Of a stretch of DNA of 64,000 nucleotides, positions 37,687 to 50,170 are shown one piece after another. Where the stretch lies: the NCBI GenBank assembly GCA_946185535.1, contig CAMHJX010000010.1, positions 18,492-82,491 on the forward strand. Direction: 5' to 3'. This DNA is from an uncultured Bacteroidales bacterium (lineage in GTDB: Bacteria; Bacteroidota; Bacteroidia; Bacteroidales; F082). The notes below the pieces were generated by a model that was not told where the DNA came from, made no database searches, and saw nothing but the letters and a program-made list of their open reading frames with translations. The position numbers were made by a program, and so were the translations under genes. The number at the start of each line of letters is the position of its first letter. Position 1 is the first letter of the stretch.

Positions 37687-38082
37687 ATGTTCTCTTGTCC
37701 TATCCAAATAAGAATGAGCGACCTCGACCCGTATAACCACGTTAATAACGGGGCGCAGTGCAACTTTTTCGACATGGGCCGAAGCCGTTACTTCGAGCAT
37801 GTCTTTCAAGCCAAAATCGACTGGCTCAACTTCAAATATGTCCTCGTCCACGTGGACTTGGATTTCCGCCATCCCGTGTTGTTCCACGACCCCATTGTTT
37901 GTGAGAGTCGTATCCTCGAGATAGGCAACTCCAGCTTCAAGATGGAGCAATGCCTGAAAGATGCTGAAACGGGCGAAGTCAAGACCTTGTGCCACGCCGT
38001 GGTGGTGTATTTTAATCGAGATACGAACCAGTCGGAGCGGATACCCGATGCCGACAGGGAAAAAATGATGCATGCTGACTAA
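37687..38082 (+). CDS. 4HBT/YbgC-type acyl-CoA thioesterase
   Basis: From the ATG at 37687: MFSCPIQIRMSDLDPYNHVNNGAQCNFFDMGRSRYF, a hot-dog-fold signature. Confidence 0.75.
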   Translation: MFSCPIQIRMSDLDPYNHVNNGAQCNFFDMGRSRYFEHVFQAKIDWLNFKYVLVHVDLDFRHPVLFHDPIVCESRILEIGNSSFKMEQCLKDAETGEVKTLCHAVVVYFNRDTNQSERIPDADREKMMHAD

Positions 38083-38111
38083 CCCGTGTCGAAGACACGA
38101 TATTCTATTAA

Positions 38112-42080
<3,969 letters not shown>

Positions 42081-42215
42081 TTTAGAGTTTAGGGTTTAGA
42101 GTTTAGAGTCAGTTTAGAGTTTAGGGTTTAGAGTTTAGAGTCAGTTTAGAGTTTAGAGTTTAGGGTTTAGAGTTTAGAGTCAGTTTAGAGTTTAGAGTTG
42201 GGAGTTGTTCAGTTA
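42081..42215 (+). repeat. Heptanucleotide tandem repeat (TTTAGAG/TTTAGGG) with a 32-bp higher-order unit
   Basis: [TTTAGAG TTTAGGG TTTAGAG TTTAGAG TCAG] x2, then a 39-bp variant and a decaying tail. It starts 1 nt after the GH2 stop. Confidence 0.9.
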
Positions 42216-42266
42216 GTAGTTGTCGCTTTGCGTCATGGACTCGCTTTGCCTCATTGCCATTATTAT

Positions 42267-42316
42267 AAAAACCCGACATTGCATATCGGGGTGAATTAGG
42301 GTCGCCCTTTCAGGGC
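42267..42316. repeat. Composite hairpin repeat (left bracket of the island)
   Basis: AAAACCCGACATTGCATATCGGGGTGAATTAGGGTCGCCCTTTCAGGGC is about 90 % identical to the reverse complement of 59431-59473. Confidence 0.75.
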
Positions 42317-42656
42317 TTTGTTGCCGCTTTGCGTCATTGCGAGGAACGAAGCAAATCGAAGATTGATTTCATCGAATGCTGAGCATTTCAACGGAGTTAA
42401 TCCAGGAAACCAGTTATCGGTTGTTTAGTTAGCACCCCTTTCAATCCAGCCTTTCTGCCCATGTCATCCCCGCGCTGGCAGGTGTGGAGGTTGGGATCTA
42501 TGGGCAGAAAGCCAACAGGGCCTATAGTCTCAGTTTTCAAGGAATTAACCTTGTTGATATTTTTGTTGACAAAAAAATGTAAGAAAAACACTTATATTTT
42601 AGTGTTTCTTGAGAATTATTCGTATTTTTGCAAAACAAGTTTTAAAATTAATTCTC

Positions 42657-43403
42657 ATGGAACATCAAATCCAACAACCACTGTTTTATGACTACGAGGG
42701 TCTTCCACCAGATCCCATAAGCGTTCCTTGTGGCGACGCGAAACCGTCATTGCAAGGAACGAAAACCATTACTTTGGGCACGTTTACGCTAAGTCAGATT
42801 GAAGAGGCAATCACTAACGTTGTGGATCATGCCATTCGGATAAAAGGCATGGTAACCACCCACACCCGTCCCTGTCTCTTTGACTGTGGCAGCCTTTCAC
42901 ATCATTACATCTATTTGTCCACCATCAAGATGGTGCACAACGACACCTGGGATGATTTTGGCCGCGCCTGTTTCGAGCGCTACGACTACCCATTCACTGA
43001 GTTCCATTGCACGCTCTGTTCCGTCGATGAGATACGGCAGAAGATTGAGGCATGGGTGCGACAGTATGAGCGGAACCGCATCGTGAGCTTGCCTTGCGTC
43101 CCTAAGAGGTGGTGCTTTCCCAACCTCTTAGAACACTATCTTGCCGAAAACCGACTGGATGGGAAGCTGTCGGCCTTGATAGAGGAACTTAAAGCCAAAA
43201 ACCCCATAACCGAAATCTATTGGGAGGCAGACGGACATCCCTGCCATCCCTTTGATGATAAGTCTTTCTATTTACATCAACTTGCCAAGCTAAGCCTGAG
43301 CGGAGCCCATCCGCAAGCGAGGACGGCGGCACGGCCCTGCTGCCGTTCCTTCCTGATGGCCTCGTGCCGTCAGTCGTCAGGCGATGACCTGTTGGGTCAT
43401 TAA
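42657..43403 (+). CDS. Hypothetical protein (Cys/His-rich), unknown function
   Basis: The ATG at 42657 lies 27 nt after a TATTTTTG box (42623-42630). No motif is recognised. The last ~40 residues (..AHPQARTAARPCCRSFLMASCRQSSGDDLLGH) look non-native, so the gene may be decayed or truncated. Confidence 0.4.
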   Translation: MEHQIQQPLFYDYEGLPPDPISVPCGDAKPSLQGTKTITLGTFTLSQIEEAITNVVDHAIRIKGMVTTHTRPCLFDCGSLSHHYIYLSTIKMVHNDTWDDFGRACFERYDYPFTEFHCTLCSVDEIRQKIEAWVRQYERNRIVSLPCVPKRWCFPNLLEHYLAENRLDGKLSALIEELKAKNPITEIYWEADGHPCHPFDDKSFYLHQLAKLSLSGAHPQARTAARPCCRSFLMASCRQSSGDDLLGH

Positions 43404-43444
43404 GTACCATCGTCTCAAATCTCGTTCCAGAATTTTGGTCATGT

Positions 43445-43740
43445 GTCATGACCTCAAACCTATCGCTGATAGGTCGAAGGTGATGTGCTATGACCAAAAA
43501 CACCTGGAATTTGGGCTTTTTGTCTCGTTTCTCGACTTAAAACCTATTTTGAATAGGCTTCAAGTTGCAGAATGTGGCTCAAAAGGTCTAAAAACCGGAA
43601 AAAAAGTCATGTGTCGTGACCTGAAACCTATCATTGATAGGTCGGAGGTGATGAGCTATGACTTTGAACCTGTCACGGATAGGGTAGAGGTGAAGAATCA
43701 TCACTTTGAAGCTGTCACGAATAGGCTGGAGCGAATGATG
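43445..43740. repeat. Array of seven 42-bp units carrying 15-bp operator-like palindromes (CCTATC-N3-GATAGG)
   Basis: Palindromes at 43459-43473 (CCTATCGCTGATAGG), 43543-43557 (CCTATTTTGAATAGG), 43627-43641 (CCTATCATTGATAGG), 43669-43683 (CCTGTCACGGATAGG) and 43711-43725 (GCTGTCACGAATAGG). Spacings are 84, 84, 42 and 42 bp, with degenerate units in between. Confidence 0.8.
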
Positions 43741-43903
43741 AAGACTTTTGTCTTATTGACGATAATAGTGTTGTCAAAGTTTGGCATTTTTGATGCGTCC
43801 CCTCCGCCAGGCAGGGCTTGTGTCGTGCGGAAAACACCTATGCTGAAGCGGCATGTGCCGTTTCAAAACAAATCTTTTGTTTAACCATTAAATTACTAGC
43901 GCT

Positions 43904-44671
43904 ATGAAAGGTAATTTAAAACTGTCTTTGGGACTAGACGTTAAACAGTTCCATGAAGGTCTCGATGAGATCTGCCGCCACTTTGCTGACAGCCGTTCCG
44001 ATGATTACTTGAACGGTCTGGTGCAGAAGGTGGCCGAAGCCAAGGAATCGCTCTTCGCTGCCATGTACATCGCCTCGGTGAAGCGTGGTGTACTGGATGA
44101 ATCGCGAAAGCTTAACGGACGCATTGCTGCGCTGACGCGTTACCTCGACTTGTGTGCCTACGACACGGATGCCGAAGTGAGTGCCAGTGCCAGACTGTTG
44201 CGCCGACAGCTTAGGGCGTATGGCAAATCGCTCGCCCACATGCGTGTCGACAGCCGTCTGACTGCTGTTGAGGCCCTGTTGCGCGACTTGGGTGGCGACG
44301 AATTCCAGCCTCACGTGAAGCGTCTGCCTGAACTTGCCACTCGGTTTGCCGAGATAGGGAAGGCAAAGGATGACCTGAGGAAGCAACGCCTTTTGGTGGA
44401 CCAGTACAAGAGTAGCTTGGTGAAGCCTGAGTCCTTGCTTGAACTGAAACGGGAGGCGGCGGACCAGCTGGTGCCTTTAGTGGCCTACCTTGAGGTGATG
44501 GCCAGGAAAGACGCTTCTGGCTATGGTGAGGACTATGCCGTAGTGACGGAGGTCATCACCAGGCTGAACGCCACCCGACGCAGGAGCGACTACCTCCACA
44601 TCGAGGTGGAGCTTGAGGACGACGAGACCGATGACAAGGTTGAGGAGTCTCCAGTTTCCATTGGGGCTTAA
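43904..44671 (+). CDS. Hypothetical alpha-helical protein with acidic tail (possibly DUF6261-like)
   Basis: 255 aa with coiled/helical composition. YGKSLAHMRVDSRLTAVEALLRDL resembles my recollection of DUF6261. It has its own terminator downstream. Confidence 0.45.
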   Translation: MKGNLKLSLGLDVKQFHEGLDEICRHFADSRSDDYLNGLVQKVAEAKESLFAAMYIASVKRGVLDESRKLNGRIAALTRYLDLCAYDTDAEVSASARLLRRQLRAYGKSLAHMRVDSRLTAVEALLRDLGGDEFQPHVKRLPELATRFAEIGKAKDDLRKQRLLVDQYKSSLVKPESLLELKREAADQLVPLVAYLEVMARKDASGYGEDYAVVTEVITRLNATRRRSDYLHIEVELEDDETDDKVEESPVSIGA

Positions 44672-44728
44672 GCTCTCATAATGTTTTAATTTGGCGGATT
44701 AAATAAATAGGTGACTTAGAATCCGCCG

Positions 44729-44768
44729 CCTCCCCATGAGCTGTTTGGCTTGTGGGGAGGATTTTTTA
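44729..44768 (+). terminator. Intrinsic terminator
   Basis: CCTCCCCA-N16-TGGGGAGG followed by ATTTTTTATT. Confidence 0.6.
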
Positions 44769-44809
44769 TTCACTTTATAACGTATTGTGGAGTTTGCTTT
44801 GTTTTTTTA

Positions 44810-44817
44810 TATCTTTG
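44810..44817 (+). promoter_or_regulatory. -7 box TATCTTTG for the type I R-M / defence operon
   Basis: TAnnTTTG match 31 nt upstream of the hsdM ATG at 44848. Confidence 0.5.
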
Positions 44818-44847
44818 CAGTTCAAACATCTATTTATAATAGAAACA

Positions 44848-46707
44848 ATGAACCAATCGCAATACAACCAACTGTTCTCGTTCATTTGGAACATCGCAAC
44901 GGACGTGTTGGTCTATGCCTTCGAGAAAGGCGAATATAAGAAGATCATAATGCCGATGATGGTGCTGCGTCGTATCGACGTGCTGCTGGAGCCTACCAAA
45001 GACCAGCTCCTGAAGCAGAAACAGATGCTCGACGACAACCACATCCAAAACCAAGACCCCATTCTTTACAACGTCACAGGCTATCCGTTCTACAACACCT
45101 CGAAGTTCACCATGAAGACGCTGAAGAGCGAGACCGACCCGCTGCGACTGAAGATGAACTTCATCGACTACCTGAACGGCTTCAGCAAGGACGTGCAGGA
45201 TATCATCGACAAGTTCCACCTGCGCCAGATGGTCGACAATCTCACCGAGGCGGAACGCCTGGGCAGCATCATCGAGAAGTTCACCGATGATAAAATCAAC
45301 CTCTCCAATAAGCCTGTGCTTGATGACGACGGCAAAGTTCGTCTTTCTGGTCTCGACAACCACACCATGGGCACCATCTTCGAAGAGCTGCTCCGTAGGT
45401 TCAACGAGGAAAACAACGTGACTGAGGCTGGTGAGCACTTTACGCCTCGCGACTATGTGAAGCTGCTGGCCGACCTTGCTTTGATGCCCGTTGCCGACAA
45501 GATAACCGACAACACCTACCATGTCTATGACGGCGCTTGTGGCACTGGTGGCATCCTCACCATCGCACAGGAGCGCATCAAAGAGATTGCTCAGGAGCGC
45601 GGCAAGCAGGTTCAAGTGAACATCTTTGGCCAAGAGCTGCAGCCCGATACTTTCGCCACCTGCAAGGCAGACTTGATGATTTCCGAAAACATCCGCTCAT
45701 TCCGTTACCAGCATGGCATGGAGCAGCGCGAATATATCGCTTTCGATAGCACCATTTCCCGCGATGGACATCCTGGTGAGACCTTCGACTTCTGCATCTC
45801 CAATCCTCCCTTCGGCACGCCTTGGAAGGAAGATCTGAAGAAGCGTGGTCTGGGTGAGAACGAGAAAAAGAAATTCACTGATAGTCGTTTCGTCATCATC
45901 GACAGTGAAGGCCATGAGATTTCCTTCATACCCGATATTGGCGACACTCAGATGCTGTTTTTGGCCAACAACCTTTCCCGTATGCGCGAGGATACCGCCC
46001 TTGGCACCCGTATCGTCGAAGTGCATAACGGCAGCAGTCTCTTCACGGGCGATGCAGGCAGCGGCCCCAGCAACTTGCGCCAATACATCATCGAAAACGA
46101 CCTGCTGGAGGCCATCGTGGCCATGCCAGAGAGGGATTTCTACAATGCTGGTATCGGCACCTATATTTGGGTCGTTACCAACCGTAAGGAGGACCGTCGC
46201 AAAGGCTATGTGCAACTCATCGACGCTACTGAAATCAAGACTCCGCTGCGTAAGAACCTGGGCGAAAAGAATTGTGAGACCAATGAGGCTGACCGCGCCC
46301 AGATTCTGAAGCTCCTCATGGACTTCAAGGAAACGCCCCAAAGCAGGATTTTCCCCAACAATGAGTTTGGCTATTGGAGCGTGAAGGTGTACCAGCTGCA
46401 ACGCGATGAACAAGGCAACATCGTGCGGGACAAGAAAGGCAAGCCCGTGATGGATAAGAAGTCCAAGGACACGGAAATCATACCTTTCCGTTATGAGGGC
46501 GGTATAGATGGCTTTTTCGAAAACGAAATCAAGCCCTACGCACCTGACGCATGGATTGACCCGCAAAGCATCGAAGTGGGCTACGAGCTTTCGTTTACTA
46601 AATACTTCTACAAACCCAAAGAGCTGCGCACCATTGCTGAAATCTCAAAGGACATCCGTGATATTGAGCAGCGCACCGATGGCATGTTGAACGAAATACT
46701 TGGGTGA
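44848..46707 (+). CDS. hsdM: Type I restriction-modification system, DNA methyltransferase subunit M
   Basis: From the ATG at 44848: MNQSQYNQLFSFIWNIATDVL (HsdM_N style), SAM motif VYDGACGTGGIL and catalytic FCISNPPFG. The track start at 44752 is a GTG inside the upstream terminator. Confidence 0.92.
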   Translation: MNQSQYNQLFSFIWNIATDVLVYAFEKGEYKKIIMPMMVLRRIDVLLEPTKDQLLKQKQMLDDNHIQNQDPILYNVTGYPFYNTSKFTMKTLKSETDPLRLKMNFIDYLNGFSKDVQDIIDKFHLRQMVDNLTEAERLGSIIEKFTDDKINLSNKPVLDDDGKVRLSGLDNHTMGTIFEELLRRFNEENNVTEAGEHFTPRDYVKLLADLALMPVADKITDNTYHVYDGACGTGGILTIAQERIKEIAQERGKQVQVNIFGQELQPDTFATCKADLMISENIRSFRYQHGMEQREYIAFDSTISRDGHPGETFDFCISNPPFGTPWKEDLKKRGLGENEKKKFTDSRFVIIDSEGHEISFIPDIGDTQMLFLANNLSRMREDTALGTRIVEVHNGSSLFTGDAGSGPSNLRQYIIENDLLEAIVAMPERDFYNAGIGTYIWVVTNRKEDRRKGYVQLIDATEIKTPLRKNLGEKNCETNEADRAQILKLLMDFKETPQSRIFPNNEFGYWSVKVYQLQRDEQGNIVRDKKGKPVMDKKSKDTEIIPFRYEGGIDGFFENEIKPYAPDAWIDPQSIEVGYELSFTKYFYKPKELRTIAEISKDIRDIEQRTDGMLNEILG

Positions 46708-48026
46708 GCATGGAGCGGTATAGTAAATATAAAGAAAGCGGCGTGTCATGGGTTGGCCAAATTCCCGAGCAATGGGAAATCAAACAATTACGCTCTTTCT
46801 TATCCCTGTTTTCGGAAAAAGGACACGGCGATGCTCAATTATTATCTGTTACGAGGGAGCAGGGCGTTATAGTTCGTGACAAAGATGACAAGGACGAAAA
46901 CCATAATTTTGTCCCTGATGATCTGAGTGGATATAAATACATCGAAAAAGGCGATTTTGCCATCAATAAGATGAAAGCATGGCAAGGCTCATACGCTGTA
47001 TCTTGCTTTGATGGCATTGTTAGTCCTGCATACTTCACTTGCAAGTTACGAGGAGTAGACAAAGAATTTTTCAGCAGAGCTATTCGCAGTAAAGCTTATG
47101 TCCCATTTTTTACACAATACTCAAAAGGAATTAGGGTTGGACAATGGGATTTAGACCCCAATGCCTTAAAGTCAATACCTTTCTTTCTTCCCCCACTTCC
47201 CGAGCAGCAAAAAATAGTCAGTTATCTTGAAAGCAAGACATCAAGTATTGATGCCTATGTTGCCGAAAAAGAGAAAGAACTTCAACTGCTTAACGAGCTA
47301 AAAGAGGCCGAAATAGCCAAAGTAGTAACACACGGATTGAATCCAAACTTAAAATTGAAAGACAGCGGTGTGTCTTTCATCGGTATGATACCTGAGCATT
47401 GGGAAGTAGAACCTTTTGGAAGGCACTTTACATTTGGTAAAGGATTGCCCATCACCAAAGCTGACTTGTTGCCAGAAGGTTTGGCAGTTATTAGTTATGG
47501 CCAAATCCATGCAAAAACAAATACTGGTGTTACAATGGATGAAAGTTTGGTACGACGAGTGTCACCTTCATATCTTGAATCTCATCCACAATACTTGTTG
47601 CATCAAGATGATTTCGTTTTTGCCGACACGTCAGAAGATTTGGAAGGCTCTGGAAATTTTGCTTTCAACGATTATGAGGATGACATCTTTGCCGGCTATC
47701 ATACTTTGGTAGCTAGACCAATCGACCTTCTTTGTCCAAAGTATTACGCTTATCTGTTCCAATCAACGAAATGGAAGAGCCAGGTACGCTCATTGGTCAA
47801 CGGTGTTAAGGTCTACACAATAAGTAAACGTATTTTGAAAAACTCATATATCCTTATCCCCACCATAAAAGAGCAACAAGAGATAGTGGCCTATGCAGAT
47901 GAAAAAACTGTCAAGGTTAATTCTCTCATTTCAGAATTAGTATCTGAGATAAACTACTTGAAAGAATACAAGCAACGCCTCATCGCCGACTGCGTTACAG
48001 GCCAAGTGAACGTGCAAAACATCTAA
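46704..48026 (+). CDS. hsdS: Type I R-M specificity subunit S (two target-recognition domains)
   Basis: W.GQIPE.WE.K.L opening, repeated at IGMIPEHWEVEPFG. Conserved central and C-terminal helices (LPPLPEQQKIVSYLE.., IPTIKEQQEIVAYAD..LKEYKQRLI). The GTG at 46704 overlaps the hsdM stop; an alternative ATG is at 46710. Confidence 0.9.
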   Translation: MSMERYSKYKESGVSWVGQIPEQWEIKQLRSFLSLFSEKGHGDAQLLSVTREQGVIVRDKDDKDENHNFVPDDLSGYKYIEKGDFAINKMKAWQGSYAVSCFDGIVSPAYFTCKLRGVDKEFFSRAIRSKAYVPFFTQYSKGIRVGQWDLDPNALKSIPFFLPPLPEQQKIVSYLESKTSSIDAYVAEKEKELQLLNELKEAEIAKVVTHGLNPNLKLKDSGVSFIGMIPEHWEVEPFGRHFTFGKGLPITKADLLPEGLAVISYGQIHAKTNTGVTMDESLVRRVSPSYLESHPQYLLHQDDFVFADTSEDLEGSGNFAFNDYEDDIFAGYHTLVARPIDLLCPKYYAYLFQSTKWKSQVRSLVNGVKVYTISKRILKNSYILIPTIKEQQEIVAYADEKTVKVNSLISELVSEINYLKEYKQRLIADCVTGQVNVQNI

Positions 48027-48038
48027 AACCGAGGAAAT

Positions 48039-50159
48039 ATGCGTGATGCAACCAAAATAAGCGATTACTTCTATGGGGCAAAGACCCTGTTTATCATCCC
48101 ACTTTATCAGCGCAAGTATGCCTGGCAGCAGAAGCACTGTGTGCGCCTCTTTGAAGACCTGAAGAAAATCCACAAGGAAAACATCTACAGCCACTTCTTC
48201 GGCAGCATCGTGTCAACCAAGGCCGACGAGCACGAAGACGACCTGCTTATCATCGATGGCCAGCAGCGTATCACTACGCTCTCGCTGCTCATCCTGGCTG
48301 GCCTCAATGCCGTGGCCAACGGCGACATGCAGAAAGGCGATGAGGACATTGAAGAGGTTCGCAAAAACTACCTCTATGCTGTCCGTCGCCGTGTCGACCG
48401 CCAAATCAAGTTGAGACCCATCGAAGGCGACATCGAAGCCTACGACGCTTTGTTCTCAAACAATCCTGATGAGTTTGTGAAGAACACTGGCATCACCTCC
48501 AACTATCTGTTGTTCTACCAGATGATCAAGGCAAGCGATTTAACCTTTACCGATTTGATTGAATCCATCGAAAAGCTCATCATCATCGACATCTGCCTTG
48601 ACTCAAAGGACAACCCACAGCTGATTTTCGAATCACTCAACTCTTGCGGCAAGGACTTGGAAGAAGCCGACAAGGTGCGTAACTATTTGCTCATGTCACT
48701 CACACCTTCCGAACAGGAAGAGTATTATCGTTCCTACTGGAGCAAGATTGAAAAACTGACAGACAATGAACCTACGATGTTTATCCGTGACTACCTGACA
48801 GTCGAAAACGGTGCCATCAGTAACATCGAGGAATTGTACTTCGATTTCAAGAAGTACGACGAAGAGAAGCACATCGTAAGACGTGATCTTCTTGAAAAGA
48901 TGCTGAAGTTTGCCCGCTACTACAGGCAAATTACCAACGGCGAGACGGGCAATGAGCGCATCGATAGAAAGCTGAAGCAGATTGCCAACATCGGCACCAC
49001 CGTCCACCTGCCTTTCTTCCTGGCATTCTTCGACTATGCAGATGCCAATGAGTTGGACGAAAACGAAAGGTATGAGGTGCTGGATGTGGTGGAAAACTAC
49101 TGGGCACGTCGTATCATCTGCAACTATCCGGCTAATGCCCTACAGAAGATGTTCTCAACGCTGCACACCGACATCATGAAGATATACAAGCGGCACGAGA
49201 AGAGAGAAATCGAATTGACGTTGCCTTATTCTCAACTCTTGAAATTTGTGCTGTTGAGGAAACAAGGTACAGCCTCGTTCCCCAACGATACCGAGGTGAA
49301 GGATATGTTCCCCACACGTCAGATCTACAGAATCCCCATTAGCTACCGATACTTCCTCTTCGAAAGGATGGAAAACGAAAACAGCCCCGAGGCCAACGAT
49401 ACCATCGTGCCTAAGATGCAATCGGGTGAGTTTACCATTGAGCACATCATGCCTCAAACGCTTACGTCTCAGTGGAAGCAAGAGCTTGGCGATGATTGGG
49501 AAAACATCTACGACACCTATCTGCACACCTTCGCCAACCTAACGCTGACGGGCTTCAATGCCTCCTACAGCAACCATTCCTTCATGGAGAAGAAAGAAGG
49601 CTACATTGACCGCAAGGGCAACAAGATTGACGGCTTCGATAACTCAGCCTTTCGTTTGTCGAACTACCTGAAACATTGCACAAAGTGGACCTTGGATGAA
49701 ATCAAGGAACGCCAAGAAATCCTCCTGAAGAACTTCCTCGACCTATGGCCAATGATTTCAACGGAGTATGTGCCACTCGAAAAAGAGTATGAGCTGGTCT
49801 CGTTCGACGATGACGAATATGAGCTGACCAATAGAAAGATATTAGGCTTCCGCTATCGCGACGAGCGACACTCAGTCATCACCTGGAAAGACATGCTCGT
49901 GCAAGTCTGCAAGCTCATGTATAACGAGAATCCTTCCACGATGACCTATGTGGCCACCAAGAATTTCTGGATGCATGAAGAGGGCAACAGAGACAGGTCA
50001 AAGATTGCAGAACGCTGCTATGTCCACTCTTCTTGTAGCACCTATACAAAGCAGAGTATTCTGAACTATCTGTTTAAGGAACTTGGCATTCCTTCCGGAG
50101 TGCTGGAGTTTGAAATTGCGCCGCTGGCCGACAAAGTAATAGACACTGATGATGAATAA
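48039..50159 (+). CDS. DUF262 + DUF1524 (GmrSD-like, type IV restriction-type) protein embedded between hsdS and hsdR
   Basis: N-terminus FIIPLYQRKYAWQQKHCVRLFEDL...IIDGQQRITTLSLL (DUF262/ParB-like). C-terminal His-Me-type block FTIEHIMPQTL...HTFANLTL (DUF1524). Confidence 0.85.
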   Translation: MRDATKISDYFYGAKTLFIIPLYQRKYAWQQKHCVRLFEDLKKIHKENIYSHFFGSIVSTKADEHEDDLLIIDGQQRITTLSLLILAGLNAVANGDMQKGDEDIEEVRKNYLYAVRRRVDRQIKLRPIEGDIEAYDALFSNNPDEFVKNTGITSNYLLFYQMIKASDLTFTDLIESIEKLIIIDICLDSKDNPQLIFESLNSCGKDLEEADKVRNYLLMSLTPSEQEEYYRSYWSKIEKLTDNEPTMFIRDYLTVENGAISNIEELYFDFKKYDEEKHIVRRDLLEKMLKFARYYRQITNGETGNERIDRKLKQIANIGTTVHLPFFLAFFDYADANELDENERYEVLDVVENYWARRIICNYPANALQKMFSTLHTDIMKIYKRHEKREIELTLPYSQLLKFVLLRKQGTASFPNDTEVKDMFPTRQIYRIPISYRYFLFERMENENSPEANDTIVPKMQSGEFTIEHIMPQTLTSQWKQELGDDWENIYDTYLHTFANLTLTGFNASYSNHSFMEKKEGYIDRKGNKIDGFDNSAFRLSNYLKHCTKWTLDEIKERQEILLKNFLDLWPMISTEYVPLEKEYELVSFDDDEYELTNRKILGFRYRDERHSVITWKDMLVQVCKLMYNENPSTMTYVATKNFWMHEEGNRDRSKIAERCYVHSSCSTYTKQSILNYLFKELGIPSGVLEFEIAPLADKVIDTDDE

Positions 50160-50170
50160 ACCACTTAGCT

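Noticed and set aside
42200-42660. Search for a tRNA gene or integrase marking the island boundary
   Set aside because: No cloverleaf-compatible sequence is recognisable by eye (no GTTCRANYC T-loop context with a matching acceptor stem), and there is no recombinase ORF anywhere in 42-60 kb. A tRNAscan run would be needed to be certain.
43445-43740. CRISPR array
   Set aside because: The units are contiguous and degenerate with no unique spacers. The period is 42 bp and no cas genes are present.
43384-43884. 166-aa ORF translating the 42-bp repeat array
   Set aside because: It overlaps the preceding ORF, has odd C/M/H-rich composition and no start context. The repeats contain internal DNA palindromes in exact helical phase. 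I treat it as non-coding but keep the alternative open in the findings.
44830-46566. Minus-strand ORFs 44830..45633 (267 aa) and 45697..46566 (289 aa)
   Set aside because: Shadows of hsdM.
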